64,000 nt of DNA from Acidimicrobiales bacterium (GCA_050013835.1 JBEKEM010000003.1:73710-137709), one strand, 5' to 3'; positions 31,101 to 39,694 are shown, numbered from the stretch's first letter. Notes: generated from the letters alone by a model not told the origin. A program made the numbers and translations.

Positions 31101-31247
31101 CTCGGGCGAGGGGAGCTCGACGAGGGTGCCCGGACGCCGCCCGCCGGCGACCAAACGCCCGCCCTCCAGGTACTCGACGATGCGTTGGCCGATCACCGAG
31201 AGCGGCGTGCCGTCGTTCGAGCCGAGGACGGTGACCGAGAGGATCAT
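28110..31247 (-). CDS. MobF/TrwC-type conjugative relaxase fused to RecD-like helicase
   Basis: VAYYAD (catalytic Tyr region) and HTTSRALEPQLHHHVVVAN (His triad, very close to TrwC). Helicase Walker A is GAAGSGKTTALE. Start set at ATG 31247 (MILSVTVLG); the 220 upstream codons of the track ORF look non-coding. Confidence 0.85.
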   Translation of the reverse strand: MILSVTVLGSNDGTPLSVIGQRIVEYLEGGRLVAGGRRPGTLVELPSPEGGTVAYYADSAGLRPGCWVLGRSGEVDPAELARLLAGVDPAIGEPLLSARGSSGRAERCRRLALAPTRLDKEWYSTKEAASVLGITPSYLRRLLRARVRASDDDADGIKIDSSGAWQINKDAVVRISEHREPPKVVAGYDLTFSVPKSVSVLWAGGDDRTRAATLEALDEAVAGGLRYLERQAFKVSVGKRPLPASGILAADYLHTTSRALEPQLHHHVVVANYGVGTDGVARALDARFVFHHAKTASFLAAAELRHQLTARLGVTWTQVENGIAEIEGVPAAALEEMSSRAREITEATGALGVSSARARQVAAWDTRAAKEHGVELDALFASWDERLTIAGYGPEARGNVFDRVDGPGLFTAEERVRRFRELLRSDGLTEHEAVFDRRHVVQRLAELSGDRLSADAIDALADEVITQPDLVELKATRDTSAKRSIRRTDGRVVKLPGERIYSTTSMLALEHRALAAYERGREAGAGIVPAERTQQVLGTERFARLSEEQRRFVESLTSSGMRVQAGVGAAGSGKTTALEATVACWQAEGYRVLGAAVGGTQAVVLSEETGVEGRTVASVLARYFDRGDFASIDARTVLLVDEASLVSTRDFVALARATEETGAILRLVGDPAQHSAVAAGGMFRYLTEHHPDDTATLSHLYRQQGEEMAEVRLANAEYREGKITEALERLRRDGRITEAESADEAYDLLTCAWYAERQKRVVEPERHWSAMTAEHHFERRELNVRARALLADDGTLKGPELTVAGLSFRSGDEVIARITDRSLRAEGAARNAYVRNGSLGTVVEVHEHGGVVDFERWGRVAIPLSYLERKVSAGIVGGLQHAYALTSHAAQGKTFAVAAPLVTDASSLEGVYVGITRGQFDLQAVAIRRRDLSQSLTDDALPVLRDETSALVETERRLRANGPELLASELAATRRRRVRQPHAAPPINKLTAVGNAVVAGEPSKMELSAWVSQASPRSESEPLDYLSMSDSDRAIVGSSAAVMKP

Positions 31248-31285
31248 CGAGGCGACGGTAAGAGCGCGGTGTTGCGAAGACTTTA

Positions 31286-31343
31286 CGAAAGGAGCGCGAA
31301 AGGAGCGCGACGCCGGAGATACCGGCCGAAGGCCGGTATCTCC
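31286..31343. promoter_or_regulatory. Candidate oriT: 11-bp tandem repeat plus perfect 13-bp-stem hairpin
   Basis: cgaaaggagcg x2 at 31286-31307, followed by ggagataccggcc-gaa-ggccggtatctcc at 31315-31343. It lies about 40-95 bp upstream of the relaxase start. Confidence 0.45.
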
Positions 31344-31505
31344 AAGGGTGTCTAAGCCGGACTCGTTCGGGTTAGCTCGACTCGAGTGACAAGAAGACGA
31401 GAGGAACCTTGCACTCAAGAACGACAGAAGTGCGAGAGCGCGGGCACAAGAAGGAGATCGAGAGAGCCGACTGGTAGTTGTGAGGGCATGCGAACCGGAT
31501 GGCTC

Positions 31506-32021
31506 ATGAAGCGAAGAGGCGATGGGACAGACGAGGCATCGAATGGCGACCTGACCTCGCATTCGATGCTCGTCGACGTCGCCCGTGAGGGGTTCAACGA
31601 GGCAACCGTCGAGCCACTCGTCGACGTCGTGCTCCTCGGACTCCCCTACCGCTGCTGGCGCTGCGGTGACGTCTCGACGCCGATCATCGGGATGGCCGAG
31701 CCAGGCGCCGACGTCCATTCCGAGGAGCTCGTCGTCTGCGAGGACGAGGAAGAGCTCGCGCTCGCCTGGCAGCACCTCCCGGCCGAGGCGCGCGAGCGGT
31801 GGCGGGTCGGAGAGGTGCGGCGGCGTCACTCGAGGACCGCCGGCACCGCCTACCTCTCGAACGGCTGCGCGTCCTGCGGGGCGCTCTTTGGCGCCTTTCC
31901 CCTCCACGAGGAGCTCGTCGAGGCACTCGCCACCGAGGGGGCGGTCGCGCTCGTCGAACTCGCCGTCGTCGAGATGCCCACCTCCTCATGGACCGAGGCT
32001 TACGAGTCGAGGTGGTCGTGA
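31506..32021 (+). CDS. Hypothetical zinc-ribbon protein (CxxC...CxxC)
   Basis: YRCWRCGD and NGCASCGA motifs with normal composition. The start is uncertain (31488, 31506 or 31566). Confidence 0.5.
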   Translation: MKRRGDGTDEASNGDLTSHSMLVDVAREGFNEATVEPLVDVVLLGLPYRCWRCGDVSTPIIGMAEPGADVHSEELVVCEDEEELALAWQHLPAEARERWRVGEVRRRHSRTAGTAYLSNGCASCGALFGAFPLHEELVEALATEGAVALVELAVVEMPTSSWTEAYESRWS

Positions 32022-32081
32022 CCACCGACGCGCCCGGCGGCGGGAATGTGGGCGGTCGGGCGAGCCGACCGCCCACGACGC

Positions 32082-32918
32082 TCAGCAGCGTGCCTCGGCG
32101 ACGGACTCGAGATCTGCGGTCTGAAGGATCGCCCGGGCGCAGCTGATCGCCCGCTCGGCGGTCGCCCGCACGACGCCGAGGTCGCCGTTCGACCAGCGTG
32201 CGATGTACGGGAAGCTGTAGGAGTCGGTCGTGATGCCGACGGACTGGCAGACAAGGTAGGCGACCGACTCCGCCTCGGTCTCGACAACCCCGCGGCAGCT
32301 CCTGTTCTCGCTCCCGTCGTGGAGCATCGTGTGGGCGAGCTCGTGGGCGAGGGTCTTGGTCGCCTGGGCCGGTGCGAGGTCGTCCCGGACGACGACCGTG
32401 CGGGCGAGGTAGTCGGTCGTCCCGTTCGCCGGCCGGCAGTCGCCGCGGACCAGCGAGAACCCCGCCGCCTCGAGCTGCTCGGCGAACCGTCCCCAGAGCG
32501 CCAGCGGCGCGTCGTCCTCGAGGAGGGTCGGCGCGACGTCGGGGAGACGCTCTCCCTCGGTCTGGGCGACGTCAAAGACGTGGACCACCCGGAACCCCCG
32601 GAGGATCCGGGCGAGCGCGGGACGGTCCCGCTCGTCGCTCTCGTCGACCGGGCGGGCCCGGTAGACGCACGGGGCGAGGATGGCGATGCCGTGCTCCCCT
32701 TTGCAAACCTGCCGGCCGAGCGTCCCCCAGGTCCGGTACCCGGCGACCCGGGTCGCGTCGGGGCGCTGGCTGAGGATCAAGAACACGTTGTTCGCGCTGT
32801 AGGTGTGGAACCGCCGCGCGAGGTCGAGCATGCGCTGCCAGTCCTCGCCGCTCGTCAACGACTCGATCGCCTCGACGAGCCTCTCGTGGGTCTCGTTGAG
32901 CCTGTCCGATGTGGTCAT
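32082..32918 (-). CDS. ArdC-like ssDNA-binding protein with C-terminal zinc-metalloprotease motif
   Basis: FHTYSANNVFLILSQRPDATRVAGYRTW (ArdC N-domain) and HELAHTMLH (HExxH). ATG at 32918 is preceded by aaggagga. Confidence 0.8.
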   Translation of the reverse strand: MTTSDRLNETHERLVEAIESLTSGEDWQRMLDLARRFHTYSANNVFLILSQRPDATRVAGYRTWGTLGRQVCKGEHGIAILAPCVYRARPVDESDERDRPALARILRGFRVVHVFDVAQTEGERLPDVAPTLLEDDAPLALWGRFAEQLEAAGFSLVRGDCRPANGTTDYLARTVVVRDDLAPAQATKTLAHELAHTMLHDGSENRSCRGVVETEAESVAYLVCQSVGITTDSYSFPYIARWSNGDLGVVRATAERAISCARAILQTADLESVAEARC

Positions 32919-33267
32919 AACGTCCTCCTTCGTGTCGGCTGGGCCGGCAAGGCCCCCGCCTTGCTGGCCTGGAAGAGCCCCCGCACCGCCGCCGGACGGC
33001 GTCAGGGGGCGGGCGAAGCCCGAGCGAGAACCGGAGCGAAGCGGAGGCCCGCAGCGACCCTTGACACCGCCCGGCGGCCGTGCGAACACGTGCCTTTGTC
33101 GTTCGAAGGCCCCTCGAGGCGTGGACGGTTCCCGAGGCGGGAGGCGGAACGGGAGACGCACAAAGGATCCTCGCCTCGTGCGAAGAAGCACCCCGGTTCG
33201 CGCCGCCTCGGCGCAGGAGCGACGCCTGGACCGCTGGCGGACGGCGCGTCGGGCGGTCGGTGTCGCC

Positions 33268-34788
33268 TTGGCCCCCTGGGCGCTCGCGTTCTTTCGTTCG
33301 CGACCGGGATCAGCCGCTTATCACGTCTTCTACGACATCGGGATCGGCTTCTTCGTCGTTTGCATCGCCGGCGTGATCGCCACGCGGCCCTCGGACTCAG
33401 ACGGGACTGCTCGGCCAGCCGACGAACAGCCAGATCCGCCTCGTTCGGCTGACACCCGAGAAGAGGCGCGGCCGATCGATTCCTATGAGCGGACGCGCTG
33501 GGCCGAGGCGACGCTTCGGGCGCTAGCCGCGATCAGCCCCACCGGTGACGATCACGACGGGCCGGACATTGCCGTCCTCCGCGTCGGTGCCGCCGGGGTC
33601 GAGCTCCTCCTCCACGCGCCGTGTCCGGTCGCGCCGGCACCGTTTCGGGCCAGCGCCGGAGGCTTGGTCTGGTCGCTCGACCCGTCCGTCGAACTCGGGG
33701 ATCTGATCGAGCTCGGCCGGGGCGTTCGGCTCTCGCCTGGCGCAGAGCCCGCACCGCTCGTCGAGATCGGCACCGACGAAGAAGGGAGCTACTTCGCACG
33801 CGAAGCCGGCATCGTGACGCTCCGTCTCGACGACGAGGGGCCCGGGGAGCTCCACGACGAGCTCCTCTCGTTCGGTTCGGGTGATCGGCAGGCGACGTCG
33901 ATGGGGCTGTTCGGTGCGCCGCTCGTCGTCGTCGAGCGTCGAGAGCACGTCCTTCTCGAGCCCTACGGCATCCCGCTCACCGCCTCGCCGGAGTCCTCCA
34001 CACCGGCCGAGCCTCAACCGATCGAGGAGGTTCCGATCGAGTTAGTTCTCCGATCTGATCCCGAACCTGAAGATCTGGACGCGGTCGTCCTCGAAGGCTG
34101 CAACCCACGTGCGACTATTGACCGACCAACTCAGGTGCTGACCGTCCCGCCGGGACCGGTCGAGGTCCGGATCCTTCGCGAGCTTCCCGACCTGGTCGGC
34201 GAGCTCCACGAGGAGCCGACTGCGGGTGCGGTCGAGTTCGTCGCCTATCTCGCGCTTCACGGCTACCGGGCGGCGCCATCACGCCTCAAGGAGATGCTCG
34301 GAACGCCGCGCTCGCAGGCCTCTCGTTCGAGCAAGACCGTCTGGACTTCGGCCGGCGCGGCCCGGCGCGCCCTCGGTCCCGATCTTGTCCCCGCCGCGTC
34401 GGGCAACCAGCTCTACCTGTTGTCGAAAGAGGTGAGCAGCGACTGGACACGCTTTCAGGCGCTCGTCGGCACCGCCCGGTCGGCCGCCTCCGATCCGGAG
34501 CGCCGGCGCGACGCCCTGGTCGGCGCCCTCGAGCTCGTGGACGGCGTTCCCGGGCTCGCCTCTCGACGCTTCACCTGGCTTGACAGCGAAGGTGTGCTCT
34601 CGAACATCGCCTTTGCGGTCGCGAACGCCGCCCGCGAGCTCGCGAACTTGGAGGCCGAGAGCGGCTCCGAAGAGCTCACTCGCTGGGCGATCGCCAAGGC
34701 CCGCCCGCTCCTTCCCGACCTCGGTGAGCTCGAACACCAAGAGTCGAAGCTCGCCGGTACGCGTCTGCGCACACCGTCGCGTCGCTGA
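33268..34788 (+). CDS. Membrane-anchored protein with C-terminal SARP-like (wHTH + BTAD-like) region
   Basis: An N-terminal hydrophobic segment. The C-terminal part has VEFVAYLALHGYRAAPSRLKEML and DWTRFQALV...ALVGALELVDGVPGL. The start is uncertain (TTG 33268 chosen); the upstream part of the track ORF overlaps ardC antisense. Confidence 0.5.
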   Translation: MAPWALAFFRSRPGSAAYHVFYDIGIGFFVVCIAGVIATRPSDSDGTARPADEQPDPPRSADTREEARPIDSYERTRWAEATLRALAAISPTGDDHDGPDIAVLRVGAAGVELLLHAPCPVAPAPFRASAGGLVWSLDPSVELGDLIELGRGVRLSPGAEPAPLVEIGTDEEGSYFAREAGIVTLRLDDEGPGELHDELLSFGSGDRQATSMGLFGAPLVVVERREHVLLEPYGIPLTASPESSTPAEPQPIEEVPIELVLRSDPEPEDLDAVVLEGCNPRATIDRPTQVLTVPPGPVEVRILRELPDLVGELHEEPTAGAVEFVAYLALHGYRAAPSRLKEMLGTPRSQASRSSKTVWTSAGAARRALGPDLVPAASGNQLYLLSKEVSSDWTRFQALVGTARSAASDPERRRDALVGALELVDGVPGLASRRFTWLDSEGVLSNIAFAVANAARELANLEAESGSEELTRWAIAKARPLLPDLGELEHQESKLAGTRLRTPSRR

Positions 34789-34887
34789 TCCCGATCTGAC
34801 GAAGAGCTCGCCCGACTCCGAACTGCCCCAAAGGGAGATCTCCATTCGACGCGTTCGCCGGACGCGAGCGCGACAGAGCCTTGAGCA

Positions 34888-35028
34888 GGGAGACGGTCTC
34901 CAATCGGGAGCTTGACCACCGACCGGGAGGTCCGTTCGGGAGCTCTCTTTCGAAAAGGGAGCCAAATCGGGAGCTTCTTCGGGAGGTCGATTTCGAAAAG
35001 GGAGCCGAACCGGGAGCTTGTTTGGGAG
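34888..35028. repeat. Iteron-like array: ~3 tandem 43-bp units carrying ten GGGAG(C/G) motifs
   Basis: GGGAG occurs at 34888, 34906, 34925, 34938, 34957, 34969, 34981, 35000, 35012 and 35024. The last six follow a repeating 19-12-12 bp spacing. Two near-identical units tttcgaaaagggagcc(a/g)aa(t/c)cgggagctt are present. Confidence 0.7.
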
Positions 35029-35087
35029 CCGCCTCGCGCACACTTTCGCCGACCGCCCCCTATAGGGGCCGACGAAGGAGGACTTCA

Positions 35088-35498
35088 GTGCGACGACTGC
35101 AGCGCTCAGCGATTAATCCTCGTCCGCTCGCGATCGACAAGCGCGCAAGCGTCAAGCGCCGTCGCCTCGCCCGCCTGGGGCAGGCCGCCGCCGCGCTCCT
35201 CGTCGCGGGATGGGCCTTTCTTGTCATCGAGGGAACCGCCGTCGCCGTCTCGGCGAGCCCGGTCGCGCCGCCCGGGGCCAACGGTCTCCAGGACCTTTTG
35301 AACTGGACCCTCTACGGCGGGGCGATCGCCTGCGCAGGGACGGCGATGTTCGGCTTCGCCAAGATGGGGATCTCGCATTCCCAGCAGAGCTTCCAGGGCG
35401 CCAACCACGGCAAGTCGGTCGCGATCCTGGGGCTCCTCGGCGCCCTCGGCCTCGGGCTCACGCCGACGATCGTGAACGGCCTGACGGCGATCCACTGA
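35088..35498 (+). CDS. Small membrane protein, first gene of T4SS operon (possible VirB2/TrbC-like)
   Basis: GTG at 35088 is preceded by gaaggagga. It has a signal/TM segment and two C-terminal TM helices. Confidence 0.6.
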   Translation: MRRLQRSAINPRPLAIDKRASVKRRRLARLGQAAAALLVAGWAFLVIEGTAVAVSASPVAPPGANGLQDLLNWTLYGGAIACAGTAMFGFAKMGISHSQQSFQGANHGKSVAILGLLGALGLGLTPTIVNGLTAIH

Positions 35499-35499
35499 G

Positions 35500-36804
35500 A
35501 TGGCCGTCTCCTCCGCCCCGGTTCTCGCCTTTTTGGGGATCACGCTCAACCCGCTCACTCTCGCCAAGGACATCGCCAACGCCATCTTCTCGGCGGCCCT
35601 TGCCCTCTTCGGGCAGGGCGCCGCCTCGGTTGTCGGCGCGCTCTTGGGGTTCGTGAAGACGACGAGCGACCCGGTCTTCTCCGGGGGCTGGTGGTCGTCG
35701 TCGGGCATGGCGGTCTTCGAGCGGGTGCTCGCCGTCTCGGGGTCGCTTCTCGCCCTCGCCTTCATGTGCTCGATCATCACGGCGCTCCTCTCCGCCGACC
35801 ACGGCCTCCTCGCCCGGGCCGCGCTCCGCCTCCCGATCGCCGTGCTCGAGATGGCGCTCCTGGTCGGGGTGACGGCGGCGCTCGTCTCGGCCTCAGACGA
35901 GATCTCGGCCGAGATCGCCAAGGGGGCGAGCGGCACACTCTCGACCTTCGTCTCGGGCGAGCTGGCCGGTGCGATTGCCGGGACGGGGATCGTCGGGCTG
36001 ATCGCTGGCGGGCTCGTCATCCTCGCCGCCCTCGGCATCTGGGCGGAGCTCTTATGCCGGAGCGCCCTTATCTACTTGGCGGTGCTGGCGGGCCCGCTCA
36101 TCTTCGCCGCGAGCGTCCACCCGTCGGCGGTCGGGCTCCGCCGTCGCTACGTCGAAGGAGGGCTCGCGCTCATCTGCTCGAAGATCGTCGTCGCTCTCGC
36201 CCTGGCGACCGGCTCGGCGATGCTCTCCGGTCTCGGGCACTCGTCCTCCTTCGCCGCCGCGACGGGCGCGCTTTTAGAGGCACTCGCCGTGTTGCTCGTC
36301 GCGTGCTTCGCGCCCTTCGTACTGCTCCGCCTTCTGCTCGGGGCAGAGGCGATCATCGCCGCCGAGGGCCTCGAGCGCCGTCCTGCCCGGGCGGCGCTCT
36401 CGGCGGTCGGTGCCGCTTCGTCGGTCGGCGGGTTCTCGTCGATGGCTCGCGGTCTCACCGGCGCCGGCGCGACACCGCCCGGAGGCGGGAGCCCCGGATC
36501 TCCCCCGACGGGCGCCTCGCCGTCGGGGCCGTCGTCCACGTCACCGCCGCGCGGCCCCACCTCGCCGCGTCCCGCTCCATCTCGTCCCTCGGAGTCCGAG
36601 GGCGCGGGAGCTCCCCGAGCGAGCTCACACGCCGCGGCCTCGCCACGGCCCGCGAGCTCGCACGCGCGCGCCTCCGACGCCTCTCCGACGAGCGCCTCGC
36701 CTGGAGTGCCACGGGACGCGACGCAACCCCGGCGGCGAGGCGACGACTTTCGGAGTCCGAACTCGACCGCGTCCTCAAAGAGATCTGCACAGGAGTGGCA
36801 ATGA
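35500..36804 (+). CDS. Polytopic membrane protein (VirB6/TrbL-like) with Pro/Ser-rich tail
   Basis: At least 6 TM helices followed by a low-complexity PPGGGSPGSPPTGASPSGPSS tail. Position within the T4SS operon supports the call. Confidence 0.65.
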   Translation: MAVSSAPVLAFLGITLNPLTLAKDIANAIFSAALALFGQGAASVVGALLGFVKTTSDPVFSGGWWSSSGMAVFERVLAVSGSLLALAFMCSIITALLSADHGLLARAALRLPIAVLEMALLVGVTAALVSASDEISAEIAKGASGTLSTFVSGELAGAIAGTGIVGLIAGGLVILAALGIWAELLCRSALIYLAVLAGPLIFAASVHPSAVGLRRRYVEGGLALICSKIVVALALATGSAMLSGLGHSSSFAAATGALLEALAVLLVACFAPFVLLRLLLGAEAIIAAEGLERRPARAALSAVGAASSVGGFSSMARGLTGAGATPPGGGSPGSPPTGASPSGPSSTSPPRGPTSPRPAPSRPSESEGAGAPRASSHAAASPRPASSHARASDASPTSASPGVPRDATQPRRRGDDFRSPNSTASSKRSAQEWQ

Positions 36805-38309
36805 ACGACCCGGCCGCGGCGCGCCACTACCGCCTCACCCGTCCGAATGGACTCGGTTTCATTCACCGTCGTTCCGCGACGCAGTTCGCGATCTGCTGTG
36901 CCGGGATCGGCCTCGGGCTCCTCGGCCTCGTCGTGACGGGCGTCGGGAGCGGCGGGCGCCTGGCGCTCGCCGGCGCCGGGGTGCTGCTCGTCGGAGCTGG
37001 TGCTGGTCGGACTCCGGGTGGAGAGGACCTCGTTGCGCTCCTCGGGCCGTTCGCGCGCTTCAGCGCGCGCCGAGCGACCGGTCGCCAGCGGTGGTCGGCC
37101 GCGCTCGCGCCGTGGCGCGGGGCCGGGGTCCCTCCCTTGTTCGCCGGCATCACCCTTTACGACTTCGATGCCGAGCGCGCCCTCGGTCGGAGCTCCGGAC
37201 GGGTCGGCCTCATCGCCGATCGGGCAGACGCATCGCTCTCCCTCGTGCTTCGCATCCACGGCGAGGGGTTCCTCCTCGCCGACGCCGCGGAGAAAGACGC
37301 CCGGCTCGCCGCCTTCGGCGACGCGCTCGCGAGCCTCGCCCGCGAGGAGAGCCCGGTTTCCCGCGTCACCTGGTCCCAGCTCGTCGCGCCGGCCCCGCTC
37401 GACGGGCACTTCGCCTACCTCGCCCAGACGAGTCGCGCCGAGCCCGACGAGGCGATCGCCTCTTCGTACGGCGACCTCCTCGAAGACACCGCTCGGCGGG
37501 CGGTCTCCTCCGAAGTGCTCGTCACGCTCACCGTCGCCATCGGGCGCGCACGCCTGGGTCGCGGCGAGATGAGCGAGCGCTTGTCTTCGGCGATCGATCG
37601 CCTCCTCGAGGAGGCCGAGCTCTTCTCGACAGCCCTCGCCCGGGCGGGGCTCTTCGCCGTCGGCCCGCTGCCGGCCGGCGCGATCGCACGCGCGCTCCGA
37701 GACCGCCTCGACCCGACGGCCAGGCGTCACCTCGAGCGACGCGGGCGGAGTCTCTCTGACCTCGCCGGGCTCGTCACCCCGGAGAACGGATTCCCGCTCT
37801 CGGTCGAGGAGCACCGGCGCTTCGTCTGGACCGACGGGAGCGTCCATCGGATGTTCCGCGTCGCCGAGTGGCCACGACTGTCTGTCCGCGCCGACTGGCT
37901 CGCCGGATTCCTCTGCGAACAGGACGTCACTCGGAGCTTCACGGCCATCTACACCCCGCTCGGACGCCGCCAGGCGCGCCGCCAGGCGCTGGCGGTGGCG
38001 ACCCGTGTGGGCGCGAGCATCGACGAACGCGAGCTCAAGGGCCGGAGGGTCGGCGCCGAGGAGCGTCGCGCCCAGCTCGCCGCCGAGGCCCTCGACGAGG
38101 AGCTCGAATCCGGCGCCGAGATGGAGCTCGTCGTCGGTCTCGTCGACGTCACCGCCGAGAGTCCGGACGAGCTCGACGGACAGTGCGAGCGCACGTGCCA
38201 GTCGGCGGCGAACGTCGGCATGGAGCTCCGCTCCCTCGACCTCCGCCATGCCGAAGCACTCGTCGCCGCGCTCCCCCTCGGCCGTGTCGTCCCGGGACGG
38301 GCACGATGA
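36801..38309 (+). CDS. SCO6880-like conjugation protein (2 N-terminal TM helices)
   Basis: ATGA overlap with the upstream gene. An N-terminal TM hairpin is followed by a soluble domain. It sits immediately upstream of the VirB4-like ATPase, as in actinobacterial T4SS ICEs. Confidence 0.6.
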   Translation: MNDPAAARHYRLTRPNGLGFIHRRSATQFAICCAGIGLGLLGLVVTGVGSGGRLALAGAGVLLVGAGAGRTPGGEDLVALLGPFARFSARRATGRQRWSAALAPWRGAGVPPLFAGITLYDFDAERALGRSSGRVGLIADRADASLSLVLRIHGEGFLLADAAEKDARLAAFGDALASLAREESPVSRVTWSQLVAPAPLDGHFAYLAQTSRAEPDEAIASSYGDLLEDTARRAVSSEVLVTLTVAIGRARLGRGEMSERLSSAIDRLLEEAELFSTALARAGLFAVGPLPAGAIARALRDRLDPTARRHLERRGRSLSDLAGLVTPENGFPLSVEEHRRFVWTDGSVHRMFRVAEWPRLSVRADWLAGFLCEQDVTRSFTAIYTPLGRRQARRQALAVATRVGASIDERELKGRRVGAEERRAQLAAEALDEELESGAEMELVVGLVDVTAESPDELDGQCERTCQSAANVGMELRSLDLRHAEALVAALPLGRVVPGRAR

Positions 38310-39694
38310 GCTCCGTCGCCCGCCTCATCGACGGTCGTCACGGACAAAGAGCCATGCTCGGCGACCAGGCTTCGTCGGCAGGAAAGCCCCGCGTGCTGCG
38401 CCTCGGAAGACAGCAGATGACGACGGCGCAGTGCTGCTCGCTCTATCCCTTCCAGGCCGACTTCGGGCTCGGACCCCGCGGCATCCTCATCGGCACGACC
38501 TGGCCGTCAGGCGCGCTCTACTACTACGACCCGTTCGCCCTCTACGCCGACGGCGCGCTCGACAACCCGAACGTGATGGTCTTCGGCGAGCCCGGGAGCG
38601 GGAAGTCCGCCGCCGTGAAGTGCCTCCTCGCCCGGCACGTCGGACTACTGGGACGGGGAGGTGTCGGCCGGCAGGCCTTCGTCGTCGACCCGAAGCGGGA
38701 GTACGAAGGGCTCGCCGAGGCGCTCTCGATGACCCGGCTCGAACTTCGCCCCGGCGGGCCGCACGCGATGAACCCGCTCGGGACCGTGCCGGGTTCGACA
38801 GAGACCGCTGCCGAGCGACTCCTCCGCCGCCACCACCTGATGGCGGCGCTCCTCGCTTCGCTGGCGGGACACGGCCTCGACCGGGCGGAGGACGCGGTCC
38901 TGGGCTGGGCGCTCGAAGCGATCGGTGCCGCCGAGGAGAACCGCCCGAGCGAGAAGAGCACCTCGCTCACCGATCTCGCCGCGTTGCTCGAGTCGCCCAC
39001 CGAGGAGATGGCGGCGCGCGGGGCAACCTCGCGCCGTGAGCTCGAGCTCCTCGCGCGACCGCTCTGGTTGCTTCTTGACAAGCTCGTCCGGCGCGATCTC
39101 GCCGGCATGTTCGACGGGCGCGAGGCGCTCGGTGGGATCGCCGCCGCCGGGACCGGCATCGTCTTGGACGTCTCGGCGGTGTTCTCGGACAAGGCGCTCC
39201 TCCGCCTGGTCATGCTCGCCGCGATCTCGGTCCTCCAGGCCTGCTACCTCGTCGGCGACGCGAACGACGAGTGGTCGGTGCCGCGGCGCTTCTTCGTCGT
39301 CGACGAGTGCTGGTCTCTTCTGGGCCAGGACGAGGCGGCGCGCTTCTTACAGGAAAACTGGAAGCTCGCCCGGGCCCGCGGCGTCGCCAACGTCGCCGTC
39401 TGCCACCGGGTCACCGACCTCGGCGCGCAGGCCGACAGCGCGTCCGCGACCTCGAAGATCGGCGACGGTCTCATCGCCGACACCCAGACGCAAGTTCTCT
39501 TCCGCACCTCTTCCCATGTCCTCGCCGAGACGCAGCGCTCGCTCGGGCTTTCTTCTCCCGAGGCCGAGATGCTCTCTCGCCTGCCGAAGGCGACCGCCCT
39601 TTGGAGAGTCCGCGGACGTTCGGCGTTCGTCCGCCACGTCCGCAGCCCCTACGAGGAGACCTTCACCGACACCGACGCGAGGTTGTCCGGATGA
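38306..39694 (+). CDS. VirB4-like conjugation ATPase
   Basis: Walker A GEPGSGKSAAVK and Walker B FFVVDECW. ATGA overlaps on both sides. Confidence 0.8.
   Translation: MSSVARLIDGRHGQRAMLGDQASSAGKPRVLRLGRQQMTTAQCCSLYPFQADFGLGPRGILIGTTWPSGALYYYDPFALYADGALDNPNVMVFGEPGSGKSAAVKCLLARHVGLLGRGGVGRQAFVVDPKREYEGLAEALSMTRLELRPGGPHAMNPLGTVPGSTETAAERLLRRHHLMAALLASLAGHGLDRAEDAVLGWALEAIGAAEENRPSEKSTSLTDLAALLESPTEEMAARGATSRRELELLARPLWLLLDKLVRRDLAGMFDGREALGGIAAAGTGIVLDVSAVFSDKALLRLVMLAAISVLQACYLVGDANDEWSVPRRFFVVDECWSLLGQDEAARFLQENWKLARARGVANVAVCHRVTDLGAQADSASATSKIGDGLIADTQTQVLFRTSSHVLAETQRSLGLSSPEAEMLSRLPKATALWRVRGRSAFVRHVRSPYEETFTDTDARLSG

Noticed and set aside
28110-31907. 1265-aa version of the relaxase ORF with 220 extra N-terminal codons
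   Set aside because: The extension crosses the hairpin/repeat region and overlaps a plausible plus-strand gene. The relaxase Tyr motif region begins shortly after the internal ATG at 31247.
32803-33267. Upstream part of the 661-aa ORF, starting at ATG 32803
   Set aside because: It overlaps the ardC 5' end antisense and is low-complexity Arg/Pro/Gly-rich. The real start is probably near 33268, though that remains uncertain.
34881-35087. N-terminal 69 codons of ORF 34881-35498, and ORF 34912-35301
   Set aside because: This stretch is the GGGAG tandem-repeat array. The repetitive peptide (KREPNREL) reflects the DNA repeats, and a strong SD plus GTG at 35088 gives the real start.
35691-36800. 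First ~370 codons of the 872-aa ORF 35691-38309
   Set aside because: It is an Arg-rich alternative frame over the VirB6-like membrane gene. The real gene starts at the ATGA overlap at 36801.
36147-38249. 700-aa minus-strand ORF across the T4SS genes. The same reasoning applies to 38005-39039, 38925-40448, 36410-37759 and 61688-62740.
   Set aside because: Extreme Arg/Pro/Gly/Ala composition and no motifs. They are antisense or out of frame to genes with clear Walker or TM features.
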